Below the pieces are notes generated by a model. That model had not been told where the DNA came from, ran no database searches, and saw only the letters and a list, made by a program, of their open reading frames with translations. 64,000 bases of DNA. Source: an uncultured Bdellovibrionales bacterium (lineage in GTDB: Bacteria > Patescibacteriota > Minisyncoccia > Moranbacterales > GWC2-37-73). The stretch lies in contig CAZAFB010000001.1 in NCBI GenBank assembly GCA_964484505.1, positions 9,974 through 73,973 of the forward strand. Reading direction: 5' to 3'. The translations under genes were made by a program, and so were the position numbers. Shown here one piece after another: positions 1-7,486 of this stretch. The first letter of the stretch is position 1. Every line of letters begins with the position of its first letter.

Positions 1-1
1 G

Positions 2-229
2 CAATATTCCATTGAAGAGACACAGGTTGATTCGCCATATAATACTTATCGCAACAAAGGATTACCTCCTGGACCTATCAATAGTCCGGGAATTTCGGCA
101 ATCAGCGCAGCATTATATCCTCAACAAAGTGACTATCTTTTTTTCTTGAGCAACAAAAAAACCGGCAAAACCGTTTTTTCCAAGACATTTGAAGAGCATG
201 TGGCGAATAAGGAAAAGAATGGTTTATAG
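2..229 (+). CDS. mltG: Endolytic transglycosylase MltG (YceG), C-terminal fragment cut by window edge
   Basis: Frame from base 2 reads DSPYNTYRNKGLPPGPINSPGISAISAALYP...YLFFL...FSKTFEEH, the MltG C-terminal signature; stop TAG 227-229. Confidence 0.93.
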   Translation, partial: QYSIEETQVDSPYNTYRNKGLPPGPINSPGISAISAALYPQQSDYLFFLSNKKTGKTVFSKTFEEHVANKEKNGL

Positions 230-232
230 ATA

Positions 233-260
233 TTGACATGTTTTGTAAATAAGCTACAAT
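233..260 (+). promoter_or_regulatory. Sigma70 promoter for leader peptide and ORF 473
   Basis: TTGACA (233-238), 16 nt, TACAAT (255-260). Confidence 0.7.
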
Positions 261-269
261 GTAGTCACT

Positions 270-356
270 ATGCAAAAGCAAGCCATCAAAAATTATACCT
301 GTTTCTTTTTTTGGTTTACCGGCCGAGGTCGGCTTGTTTTTGCGAATAAACTGTAG
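270..356 (+). CDS. Putative attenuator leader peptide MQKQAIKNYTCFFFWFTGRGRLVFANKL (28 aa)
   Basis: ATG 270 just after promoter, run TTC TTT TTT TGG TTT at 303-317, stop TAG 354-356, overlaps 5' arm of antiterminator. Confidence 0.7.
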   Translation: MQKQAIKNYTCFFFWFTGRGRLVFANKL

Positions 357-414
357 ATAGAAGTCTTCAATTGTTCGTAAAAATAATCCCGACCTCGGTC
401 GGGATTATTTGTTT
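321..414 (+). promoter_or_regulatory. Transcription attenuator with mutually exclusive antiterminator and terminator
   Basis: Terminator AAATAATCCCGAC-ctcg-GTCGGGATTATTT (381-410); antiterminator 321-332 pairs 389-400 and 334-349 pairs 371-386. Confidence 0.75.
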
Positions 415-472
415 ATGGGCGGATTTTTTAGGTCTTTAAAAACTTCAAACGTTAGAAATACAAGGAGGGAAT

Positions 473-787
473 ATGGAAAAAAATGAAATTTTCATGGAGT
501 TAAGGGGCAGTAATTGCGTGGATTGTCAAATTATAATCCAGGGAAAAGAAGATACTTTGGGTGCCGCACTTTGTGGAAAATTTTATGCCGAACTTCTCCA
601 GGGCAAGGCCTTTTTGGGGTTTGAAAATGGTATGATTATTTTCGCGGCAGAGAATATCTCATGCAAGTTTCCGATTGAAGAAACCAAAAAAGAATCAGTT
701 AAAAAATTGATAGAGTATGGAAGATTCAGACTGGAACCTATTATGGACGGTTTTAATTCCGGCTTCAGTTTATCTCGGGACTTTTGA
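473..787 (+). CDS. Hypothetical protein (104 aa), ORFan-like
   Basis: Strong SD AAGGAGGG before ATG and own terminator; no recognisable motif. Confidence 0.7.
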   Translation: MEKNEIFMELRGSNCVDCQIIIQGKEDTLGAALCGKFYAELLQGKAFLGFENGMIIFAAENISCKFPIEETKKESVKKLIEYGRFRLEPIMDGFNSGFSLSRDF

Positions 788-804
788 GGAAAGACAGCTT
801 AAAT

Positions 805-839
805 AAAGAGGGTTGTAAAAACGTACAATCCTCTTTTTT
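805..839 (+). terminator. Rho-independent terminator
   Basis: AAAGAGGGTTGTA-aaaacg-TACAATCCTCTTT followed by T tract. Confidence 0.75.
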
Positions 840-952
840 CTTTGACTGATGTGTGGTATTATTAACGAGTAATTTGTTTTACAAGGACATCAAATGTCTG
901 GTCTGGTAGTTTTTTTCGTACATTCGTACTAATTCGTAGTTCGTAGAAACTT

Positions 953-1528
953 ATGAAGTTTAACAAAAACACATTTGAAATAATATTTTTTGCACGCGGT
1001 GGGCAGGGAGCAAAAACCGCTTCCGAGCTTGTGGCGCATGCTGCAGTAAGGGAGGGAAAATATGTGAAAGCGTTTCCGTTTTTTGGACCGGAAAGAAGCG
1101 GCGCGCCGACCAAGATGTTTTTGCGCGTGAGCGACGAGCCGATTAGGACGCAAGAACCGGTAGTTGATCCGGACGTAGTTGTGGTGCTTGATGAGACTGT
1201 TATGGAAAATAATGAAGAGATAACCAAAAATCTTGACAGGAATGAATCATTGATTGTTAATTCGACGATCTCGGAAAACGAAATTCGCAAGGTTGTGCCG
1301 CATTTTCAAGGAAAAATACATGCTGTTGATGCGACACATATCGCGCTCAACGTTACCGGAGCGCCTAATCCCAATATGGCTCTGGTGGGCAAGCTTTTGG
1401 CGGTAAGCGGTATAGTTTCTCTGGACAGCGCGGCGGAAATTTTTCGGGCGGTGTTTACGGAAAAAATCGGCAAGGAGCTTACGGAAAAAAATATTGCCGC
1501 TATGCAGGCAGGATACGATGATTTATAA
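953..1528 (+). CDS. porC: Pyruvate/2-oxoacid:ferredoxin oxidoreductase gamma subunit
   Basis: ARGGQGAKTA and FGPERSGAP motifs; operon context. Confidence 0.92.
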   Translation: MKFNKNTFEIIFFARGGQGAKTASELVAHAAVREGKYVKAFPFFGPERSGAPTKMFLRVSDEPIRTQEPVVDPDVVVVLDETVMENNEEITKNLDRNESLIVNSTISENEIRKVVPHFQGKIHAVDATHIALNVTGAPNPNMALVGKLLAVSGIVSLDSAAEIFRAVFTEKIGKELTEKNIAAMQAGYDDL

Positions 1529-1619
1529 TCACGAATCGACACTAATATTATCGCGAATTATAACGAATATTCGAGATTATTCGAGAACAAATTCGAGTAG
1601 ATTAGCGATTTAAATTCTC

Positions 1620-1910
1620 ATGGAGAAAGGAGCTATCATCAAACACGATATCAAAAACGCGCCGAAAACTGGCAGTTGGCGATATATGAAACCGGAAGTC
1701 GACGCTACCAAATGCATCGGCTGCGAAACATGCGTGAAACATTGTCCGGAGGCTTGCATGGAGATGAAGAGAAGAACCAAAAGACAAATGGACATTGCAC
1801 CCCAAATTGCCAAAGGGAAAGAAATTGCGAAAATTGATTTTGAATATTGCAAGGGCTGTGGAGTTTGTGCGCAAGTCTGCCCAGTCAAAGCGATTGGCAT
1901 GCAAAAGTAA
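1620..1910 (+). CDS. porD: Pyruvate:ferredoxin oxidoreductase delta subunit (2x4Fe-4S)
   Basis: KTGSWR motif; CIGCETCVKHCP and CKGCGVCAQVCP. Confidence 0.92.
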   Translation: MEKGAIIKHDIKNAPKTGSWRYMKPEVDATKCIGCETCVKHCPEACMEMKRRTKRQMDIAPQIAKGKEIAKIDFEYCKGCGVCAQVCPVKAIGMQK

Positions 1911-1932
1911 AAATAAGACAAATAGGACAAAT

Positions 1933-3102
1933 ATGACTGATAAAAAAACAAAAAATGTAAAAGCAATGACTGGTGGATATGCTGTTGCGGAAGCGCTGCA
2001 GCAAATTAATCCTGATGTGATGGCAGTTTATCCGATTACGCCGCAAACGCCGATTATTGAGACCTTTGCCAAGATGCGCGCAGATGGTTTGGCAGATACT
2101 GAAATAATTCAAGTCGAATCAGAGCATAGTGCCATGAGTGCCACGATTGGTGCAAGCGCAACTGGCGCAAGAGCTGTGACCGCGACGAGTTCGCAAGGGT
2201 TGATGTATATGGCGGAAATGCTACCGATTGCAAGCGGACTTCGTCTGCCTATTTTGATGTGCATGAGTTCGCGCGCGCTAAGTGCGCCGCTGAATATTCA
2301 CGGAGAGCATGGCGATGTGATGGCGGCAAGGGATTTTGGCTGGATCCAACTTTTTGCCGAAGATGCGCAAGAAGCATATGACAACACGCTGATTGGTCTC
2401 AAACTAGCGGAATCTATGGGTTTACCGGTAATGTCTATCATGGATGGTTTTCACACATCACACACGACCGAAAGAATCGAAATTTGTAATGATGAAATAG
2501 CGAAAGAATTTATCGGAAAATATGAGCCGGAACAATGTTTGTCCAATCAAAAAGATCCGGTAAGTTTCGGAGCGCTTTCTTTGCAAAACACCTATTTTGA
2601 ATTCAGGCTTGATCAACAAAAGGCCATGGAAAAAGTACCGTCAGTATATAAAAAAATTTGCAAGGAATATGCAAAGATTTCCGGACGCAAATATGATCTT
2701 TTCGATTCCTACAAGCTCGATGATGCCAAATATGCGATCGTGATGATGGGGGCAACGACCGGTACTGCCAAAGAAGCGATCGATAAGCTGCATGCCCAGG
2801 GTAAGAAAGTGGGCTTGCTTAGCATTAAGTTATATCGACCATTTCCATATGTTGAAGTAGGTCGCGAATTGGGACACATCAAAAGAATCGCCGTTCTTGA
2901 TCGTGCGATTTCTTTCGGTGCGTATCCACCACTGTATCAGGACGTGTCCAACGCGCTCTATCACACCGCCAGCGGTAAGCACGAAATCGCCAGCTATATC
3001 TATGGCCTCGGCGGCCGCGATACGATGCAATCGCACATCGTGAAAGTTTTTGAGGATTTGATGGCAAGGGAAATTTCTAGCAAAGTTAAGTATCTTAAGT
3101 AA
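1933..3102 (+). CDS. porA: Pyruvate:ferredoxin oxidoreductase alpha subunit
   Basis: YPITPQT, VESEHSAMS, TATSSQGL, YGLGGRD; start moved to ATG 1933 to avoid overlap with porD. Confidence 0.93.
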   Translation: MTDKKTKNVKAMTGGYAVAEALQQINPDVMAVYPITPQTPIIETFAKMRADGLADTEIIQVESEHSAMSATIGASATGARAVTATSSQGLMYMAEMLPIASGLRLPILMCMSSRALSAPLNIHGEHGDVMAARDFGWIQLFAEDAQEAYDNTLIGLKLAESMGLPVMSIMDGFHTSHTTERIEICNDEIAKEFIGKYEPEQCLSNQKDPVSFGALSLQNTYFEFRLDQQKAMEKVPSVYKKICKEYAKISGRKYDLFDSYKLDDAKYAIVMMGATTGTAKEAIDKLHAQGKKVGLLSIKLYRPFPYVEVGRELGHIKRIAVLDRAISFGAYPPLYQDVSNALYHTASGKHEIASYIYGLGGRDTMQSHIVKVFEDLMAREISSKVKYLK

Positions 3103-3116
3103 CTTAATTCTCTTAT

Positions 3117-4025
3117 ATGAATAAGGATTTGACAAAAAAATTATCAACTGGGCATGCGACTTGTGCGGGGTGTGGGATTCCTGCTATTGTGCGCACGGTT
3201 TTGGGTGCGACTGATGAGCCGGTAATCATTTCCAATGCGACCGGATGTTTGGAGGTGACGACGACGATCTATCCCAACACTGCTTGGAAAGTGCCATATA
3301 TTCACAGCGCGTTTGGTAACGCGGCTGCGACTGCGGCTGGGATTGATGCTGCACAAAAGGCATTGGAGAAAAGTGGACGCATAAAAAAGAAAGCGAAAAT
3401 TATCGCTTTCGGTGGTGATGGGGGAACATATGACATCGGCCTGCAAGCTCTCAGTGGCGCGCTGGAGCGTGGCCATGACTTTTTGTATGTTTGTTATGAT
3501 AATGAAGGATATATGAATACCGGAGGGCAAAGAAGTGGTGGCACGCCTTATGGGGCCAACAGTGAAACTGCGCCAGTTGGCAAAGAATCATTCGGCAAGA
3601 TGCAGCAGCGAAAGGATCTCATGGAAATCGTTAACGCTCATCATGTCAAATATCTCGCGCAGGCTAATGTGGCATATCTTGCTGACCTTAAGAAAAAAGC
3701 CGAAAAAGCTTTGAATACTCCCGGGCCGTCATTTTTGTTAGTGCTTCAACCATGCACAAATCAGTGGAAATTTCCGACGTCGGAATATGTCGCAATCGGC
3801 AAATTGGCGACGGAAACGAATTTTTGGCCGCTCTATGAAATTGAGGATGGAAAATATACGATTAATTACACTCCCAAAGATCGCAAGCCAATTGAAGAAT
3901 TTCTCAAAACCCAAGGTCGTTTCAAGCATCTTCTGAAGCCGCAAAACAAGGAGGTTGTGGAAAATATGCAAAAGGAAGTGGATGAGGGATGGGAAGGGTT
4001 GCGAAAGAAGGCAGAACGTTTATAA
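3117..4025 (+). CDS. porB: Pyruvate:ferredoxin oxidoreductase beta subunit (TPP-binding)
   Basis: GHATCAGCG, TGCLEV, GGDGGTYDIG...YDNEGYMNTG. Confidence 0.93.
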   Translation: MNKDLTKKLSTGHATCAGCGIPAIVRTVLGATDEPVIISNATGCLEVTTTIYPNTAWKVPYIHSAFGNAAATAAGIDAAQKALEKSGRIKKKAKIIAFGGDGGTYDIGLQALSGALERGHDFLYVCYDNEGYMNTGGQRSGGTPYGANSETAPVGKESFGKMQQRKDLMEIVNAHHVKYLAQANVAYLADLKKKAEKALNTPGPSFLLVLQPCTNQWKFPTSEYVAIGKLATETNFWPLYEIEDGKYTINYTPKDRKPIEEFLKTQGRFKHLLKPQNKEVVENMQKEVDEGWEGLRKKAERL

Positions 4026-4066
4026 CGTTTGTAAGGTTCATAACGTTCATAACGTTCATAACGTAA
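4022..4066. repeat. Degenerate 9-nt tandem repeat (ATAACGTTC)
   Basis: ataacgttt gtaaggttc ataacgttc ataacgttc ataacgtaa overlapping the porB stop. Confidence 0.8.
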
Positions 4067-4147
4067 GGCTTAAACATTATGAAGAAATGTACTTGCTCGA
4101 AAAGACATTTGATGTCCTTTCATGCAAGACATCAAATGTCCAACGAT

Positions 4148-4369
4148 ATGCAAAGAGAATCTCTAAAGTTAGGGCTTTATGAACATTATAAGGGCAAGCA
4201 ATATGAAGTGATTGGAGTGGGGAAACATAGTGAGACACTCGATGAAATTGTAGTTTATAGGGCTCTGGATGGTGAAAAAGAACTTTGGATTAGGCCTCTT
4301 TCGATGTTTTTGGAAGAAGTTGAAATCGATGGCATAAAAAAACCGAGATTCAGATATCTCGGGAAATAA
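4148..4369 (+). CDS. DUF1653 family protein
   Basis: GLYEHYKGKQYEVIGVGKHSETLDEIVVYRALDG..LWIRPLSMFLE...PRF signature; start at ATG 4148 chosen. Confidence 0.88.
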   Translation: MQRESLKLGLYEHYKGKQYEVIGVGKHSETLDEIVVYRALDGEKELWIRPLSMFLEEVEIDGIKKPRFRYLGK

Positions 4370-4394
4370 ATCGGAGCCACCTGCCAGGATTGAA

Positions 4395-4431
4395 CCCCGG
4401 TATCAGAAAATACATTTCGCTACGGGGCAAG
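4395..4431 (-). repeat. Hairpin mini-insertion in T arm of outer tRNA (CTTG + CCCCG...CGGGG)
   Basis: 37 nt inserted between ATCAG and TTCAATC on the minus strand. Confidence 0.75.
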
Positions 4432-4444
4432 CTGATGACCTACG

Positions 4445-4570
4445 TTTACCCCGCACCATTTCGTTTTTACAAAGTGAGCCGATGACCGGGATTGAACCGG
4501 TGACCTACGCGTTACGAGTGCGTCGCTCTACCAACTGAGCTACATCGGCATAATGTGAAATGGTGCGGGG
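4445..4570 (+). mobile_element. Miniature inverted-repeat element carrying an intact tRNA-Thr
   Basis: TTTA tail, then perfect 14-bp IR CCCCGCACCATTTC (4449-4462) / GAAATGGTGCGGGG (4557-4570); mobility is inferred. Confidence 0.6.
4477..4549 (-). tRNA. tRNA-Thr(CGT), CCA not encoded
   Basis: GCCGATGTAGCTCAGTTGGTAGAGCGACGCACTCGTAACGCGTAGGTCACCGGTTCAATCCCGGTCATCGGCT folds into a cloverleaf (one A31-C39 mismatch). Confidence 0.95.
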
Positions 4571-4593
4571 CGTGCGAGTGCGTCGCTCGGACC

Positions 4594-4611
4594 CTGTCCG
4601 CCTCTGGCGGA
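4594..4611 (+). repeat. Hairpin mini-insertion in D loop of outer tRNA
   Basis: (C)CTG tail + TCCGCC-tct-GGCGGA (4597-4611). Confidence 0.7.
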
Positions 4612-4639
4612 AACTGAGCTAAGGTGGCAACTGAAAACT

Positions 4640-4668
4640 AGTATATCAACCATTGTATTTTATGGCAA
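4640..4668 (-). promoter_or_regulatory. Sigma70 promoter for the nested tRNA locus
   Basis: Minus strand TTGCCA-17-TATACT with TGn extended -10, ending 11 nt before the outer tRNA 5' end. Confidence 0.75.
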
Positions 4669-4845
4669 GATTTTCCCTTAACGTAAAATGAAATTGGTTT
4701 TGTGCATTTGTATATTTGTATTAATTCGCCCGCCTGCTTCGAAATTTGGCTATGTACCTACTAATTTTTAAACTAACTATCTTAATTATCTCCTCGGTAA
4801 AGCAAACAATGAAGCATTTCGGGCAGGTAATTTGTAGAGAAAATC

Positions 4846-5364
4846 ATGAAAACTTTTATTTGTGAGATTTGTGGTGATGCTTACTTGGGTGCTGAAAAGC
4901 CAAAAAACTGTCCTTTTTGCGGGGCGCGGGCGCCTTTTATCAAACTGGGAAGCGAAGCTAGCCCAGTGGTTAACGTGAAAGAAGAGTTGAATGAACAAAC
5001 AATCAAAAATCTTCAAGAAACGCTTGATTTGGAAATGCGTGCCAATGCGATTTATAAATGCATGGCTGGAAAAGCTTTGACTTTGGAAATCAACAAAATG
5101 TATAAACGCTTGGCTAAGGTGGAATTGGAACACGCGGTTATCTGTACTAAATTATTAGGAATCGAAATGCCTCCGGTTGGCAATGAACTTTGTAGCGATC
5201 AGGACATTGAAAATTTTCAAAAAACAATTGAATTGGAAGAGCATGCATCCGGACTTTATGCCGATTTTGCTAAACAGGCGACGGAGCGTCACATAAAAAT
5301 AATGTTTACGGCGCTGAATCAAGTGGAAAAAGATCATATTGAACTCGTTAAAAATTATCTTTAA
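4846..5364 (+). CDS. Reverse rubrerythrin-like protein (rubredoxin-like domain + ferritin-like domain)
   Basis: CEICG...CPFCG at N terminus; ExxH di-iron motifs ELEH and EKDH. Confidence 0.85.
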   Translation: MKTFICEICGDAYLGAEKPKNCPFCGARAPFIKLGSEASPVVNVKEELNEQTIKNLQETLDLEMRANAIYKCMAGKALTLEINKMYKRLAKVELEHAVICTKLLGIEMPPVGNELCSDQDIENFQKTIELEEHASGLYADFAKQATERHIKIMFTALNQVEKDHIELVKNYL

Positions 5365-5462
5365 GTAGACGAATTTTTACTGATTATTAAGGGAAAGTCA
5401 CGAAGCACGAATATTCGTGATTAGTGCAAATTAGTTTTTAATTCGTGTCCATTTGTGTTTAT

Positions 5463-6209
5463 ATGCAAATCTGGCTTTACATCTTAATAAGCGTTATTAT
5501 CGTTAGCGCGGTTTCATTGATTGGCGTTTTTACTTTGGCAATGAACGATAAGTTTTTAAATAAGGCAATGCTTTTTTTGGTCAGTTTTGCGGCTGGAACA
5601 CTCTTGGGAGATGCTCTAATCCATCTGTTGCCGGAAGCATATTCCTCGGGAAATGTCTTTACTTCGGCATATGTGCTTTTGGGGATAATTTTCTTTTTTG
5701 CTCTTGAAAAAATAATCAAATGGCGGCATTGCCATGAAGCTGGGTGTCCAGAACATTCCCATGTTTTGCCGTACGTCATACTTATCGGGGATGGACTGCA
5801 CAATTTTATCGATGGTATGATTATTGCAGCTAGTTTTTTGGTTAACGTTCCAGTGGGAATAGCTACGACAATTGCAGTTATTTTTCACGAAATCCCTCAA
5901 GAAATAGGAGATTTTGGTTCCTTGGTTTATGGCGGATTTAGTAAAAAGAAAGCGCTAATATATAATTTTTTGAGTGCGCTAACCGCCGTTTTGGGTGCCA
6001 TAACTGTACTTGTGCTGAGCTCGAGAGTTTCTGGAATTGAAGTTTTTTTGGTACCGTTTGCCGCCGGAGGCTTTATATATATAGCAGCGGCCGATATCAT
6101 TCCGGAGCTTCACAGACACAAAACTCAAACCTTCAAGTCATCGATATTTCAAACCAGCAGCATCGCCCTTGGTATGATCATAATGTATAGCCTACTTTTC
6201 TTCGAATAG
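5463..6209 (+). CDS. ZIP family metal transporter
   Basis: HLLPEA, GDGLHNFIDG, HEIPQEIGDF motifs; multiple TM segments. Confidence 0.92.
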   Translation: MQIWLYILISVIIVSAVSLIGVFTLAMNDKFLNKAMLFLVSFAAGTLLGDALIHLLPEAYSSGNVFTSAYVLLGIIFFFALEKIIKWRHCHEAGCPEHSHVLPYVILIGDGLHNFIDGMIIAASFLVNVPVGIATTIAVIFHEIPQEIGDFGSLVYGGFSKKKALIYNFLSALTAVLGAITVLVLSSRVSGIEVFLVPFAAGGFIYIAAADIIPELHRHKTQTFKSSIFQTSSIALGMIIMYSLLFFE

Positions 6210-6243
6210 AAAATATGTTAGAGTATTAGCTGAAATAATAAAT

Positions 6244-7357
6244 ATGGAAATGAAGGAAATATTGGAAAAACTGGAAGTTTTAGCCTATAAAATCCCGCTT
6301 TTGCGGGACTATCTTTGACGTTCCTCAAAAGGCTCGGAAAATCGCCGAGTTAAGTCAAAAAAGTTCAGAAGAAGGATTTTGGGATGATGCCCAAGGTGCT
6401 GCGGTGATTTTAAAAGAACTCGAATCTTTGCGCAGTGAAGTTGCGCGCGTTGAAGAAACGGAGAAAAAGATAAAGGAACTTCAAGAACTCATTGAAATCA
6501 TGGAAGATGCTTCTTTGGATGAGCGAACAGATATTGAAAAGCAATGCGCAGAGTTGGAAAAGGAAGTCCATGAAATGGAATTTTGCGCACTTTTGGGTGG
6601 GGAATATGATCGTAGTGACGTTATTATGGCAATTCACGCCGGTGCAGGCGGGGTGGATGCACAAGACTGGGCCGAAATGCTTATGCGCATGTATTTGCGC
6701 TGGGCTGAGAAGAAAAATTTTGTTGCCAAAGTTGTTGAAGAATCGCGCGGAGGGGAAGCGGGCATAAAAAGCGTGACGATTGAAATTGAGGGTGCCTACG
6801 CCTATGGATATCTCAAAAGTGAGGCTGGCGTACACCGCTTGGTGCGACTTTCACCGTTCAACTCTGACAATCTGCGCCAAACCTCGTTTGCTTTGGTAGA
6901 AATACTACCGGTGATTGGTGAAATAGCTGATGTGACAATTGAAGCTAAAGATCTCAAGATTGATACTTATCGTGCTTCTGGAGCCGGCGGACAGCACGTC
7001 AATACTACTGATAGTGCAGTGCGTATCACTCACTTGCCGACAAATATCGTGGTTACATGTCAGAGCGAAAGATCACAGACTCAAAACAGGGAACGTGCAA
7101 TGAAAGTTTTGAAGGCGCGTTTGCACCAAAGATATTTGGAAGAGAAAGAACAAGAGCAGAAAAAATTGCGTGGGGAATTTCAAAGCGCCGAATGGGGCAG
7201 TCAGATCCGTTCCTATGTGGTTCATCCCTATAAAATGGTCAAAGATCATAGGACTAAACACGAAACGAGCGACGCGGAAAAAGTTCTGGAAGGGAACTTG
7301 GATGAGTTTATGGAGAGTTATTTGAAATGGAAAGCTGGCAGTTCGCCAGAGAATTAA
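6244..7357 (+). CDS. prfB: Peptide chain release factor 2 with programmed +1 frameshift
   Basis: ORF from ATG 6244 ends CTT TGA C (6313-6319); +1 frame continues into SPF and GAGGQHVN motifs. Confidence 0.96.
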
Positions 7358-7486
7358 GATTGTGATATAATAAAAAGTGTAATGCTAATTCTCGCGAATA
7401 AATGCTAATCCGCTGATTGCGAATGATGCAAATATCTTTGATTGGTGGAAATTCGTCTTTTAATTCGTGTCTATTAGAGACCAAAT

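Larger units (their letters stand above)
4375..4628 (-). pseudogene. Outer interrupted tRNA-Thr-like gene with three hairpin insertions
   Basis: Acceptor stem GCCACCT/AGGTGGC, D stem GCTC/GAGC, anticodon arm ACGCACTCG..CGCGT, AGGTC, TTCAATC T loop; insertions in D loop, anticodon arm and T arm. Confidence 0.8.

Noticed and set aside
1795-1932. 46-codon N-terminal extension of porA in the ORF track
   Set aside because: Overlaps porD and runs through a tandem-repeat spacer; ATG 1933 matches the family start
4022-4140. Short repeats after porB as a CRISPR array
   Set aside because: Units are 9-13 nt, with no unique spacers of CRISPR length and no cas genes
4375-4628. tRNA insertions as group I or BHB introns
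   Set aside because: Inserts are 18-126 nt with no group I core and no clear bulge-helix-bulge; the restored anticodon loop is defective
6404-7357. prfB starting at GTG 6404, or being a pseudogene
   Set aside because: Canonical CTT TGA C programmed frameshift joins it to ATG 6244
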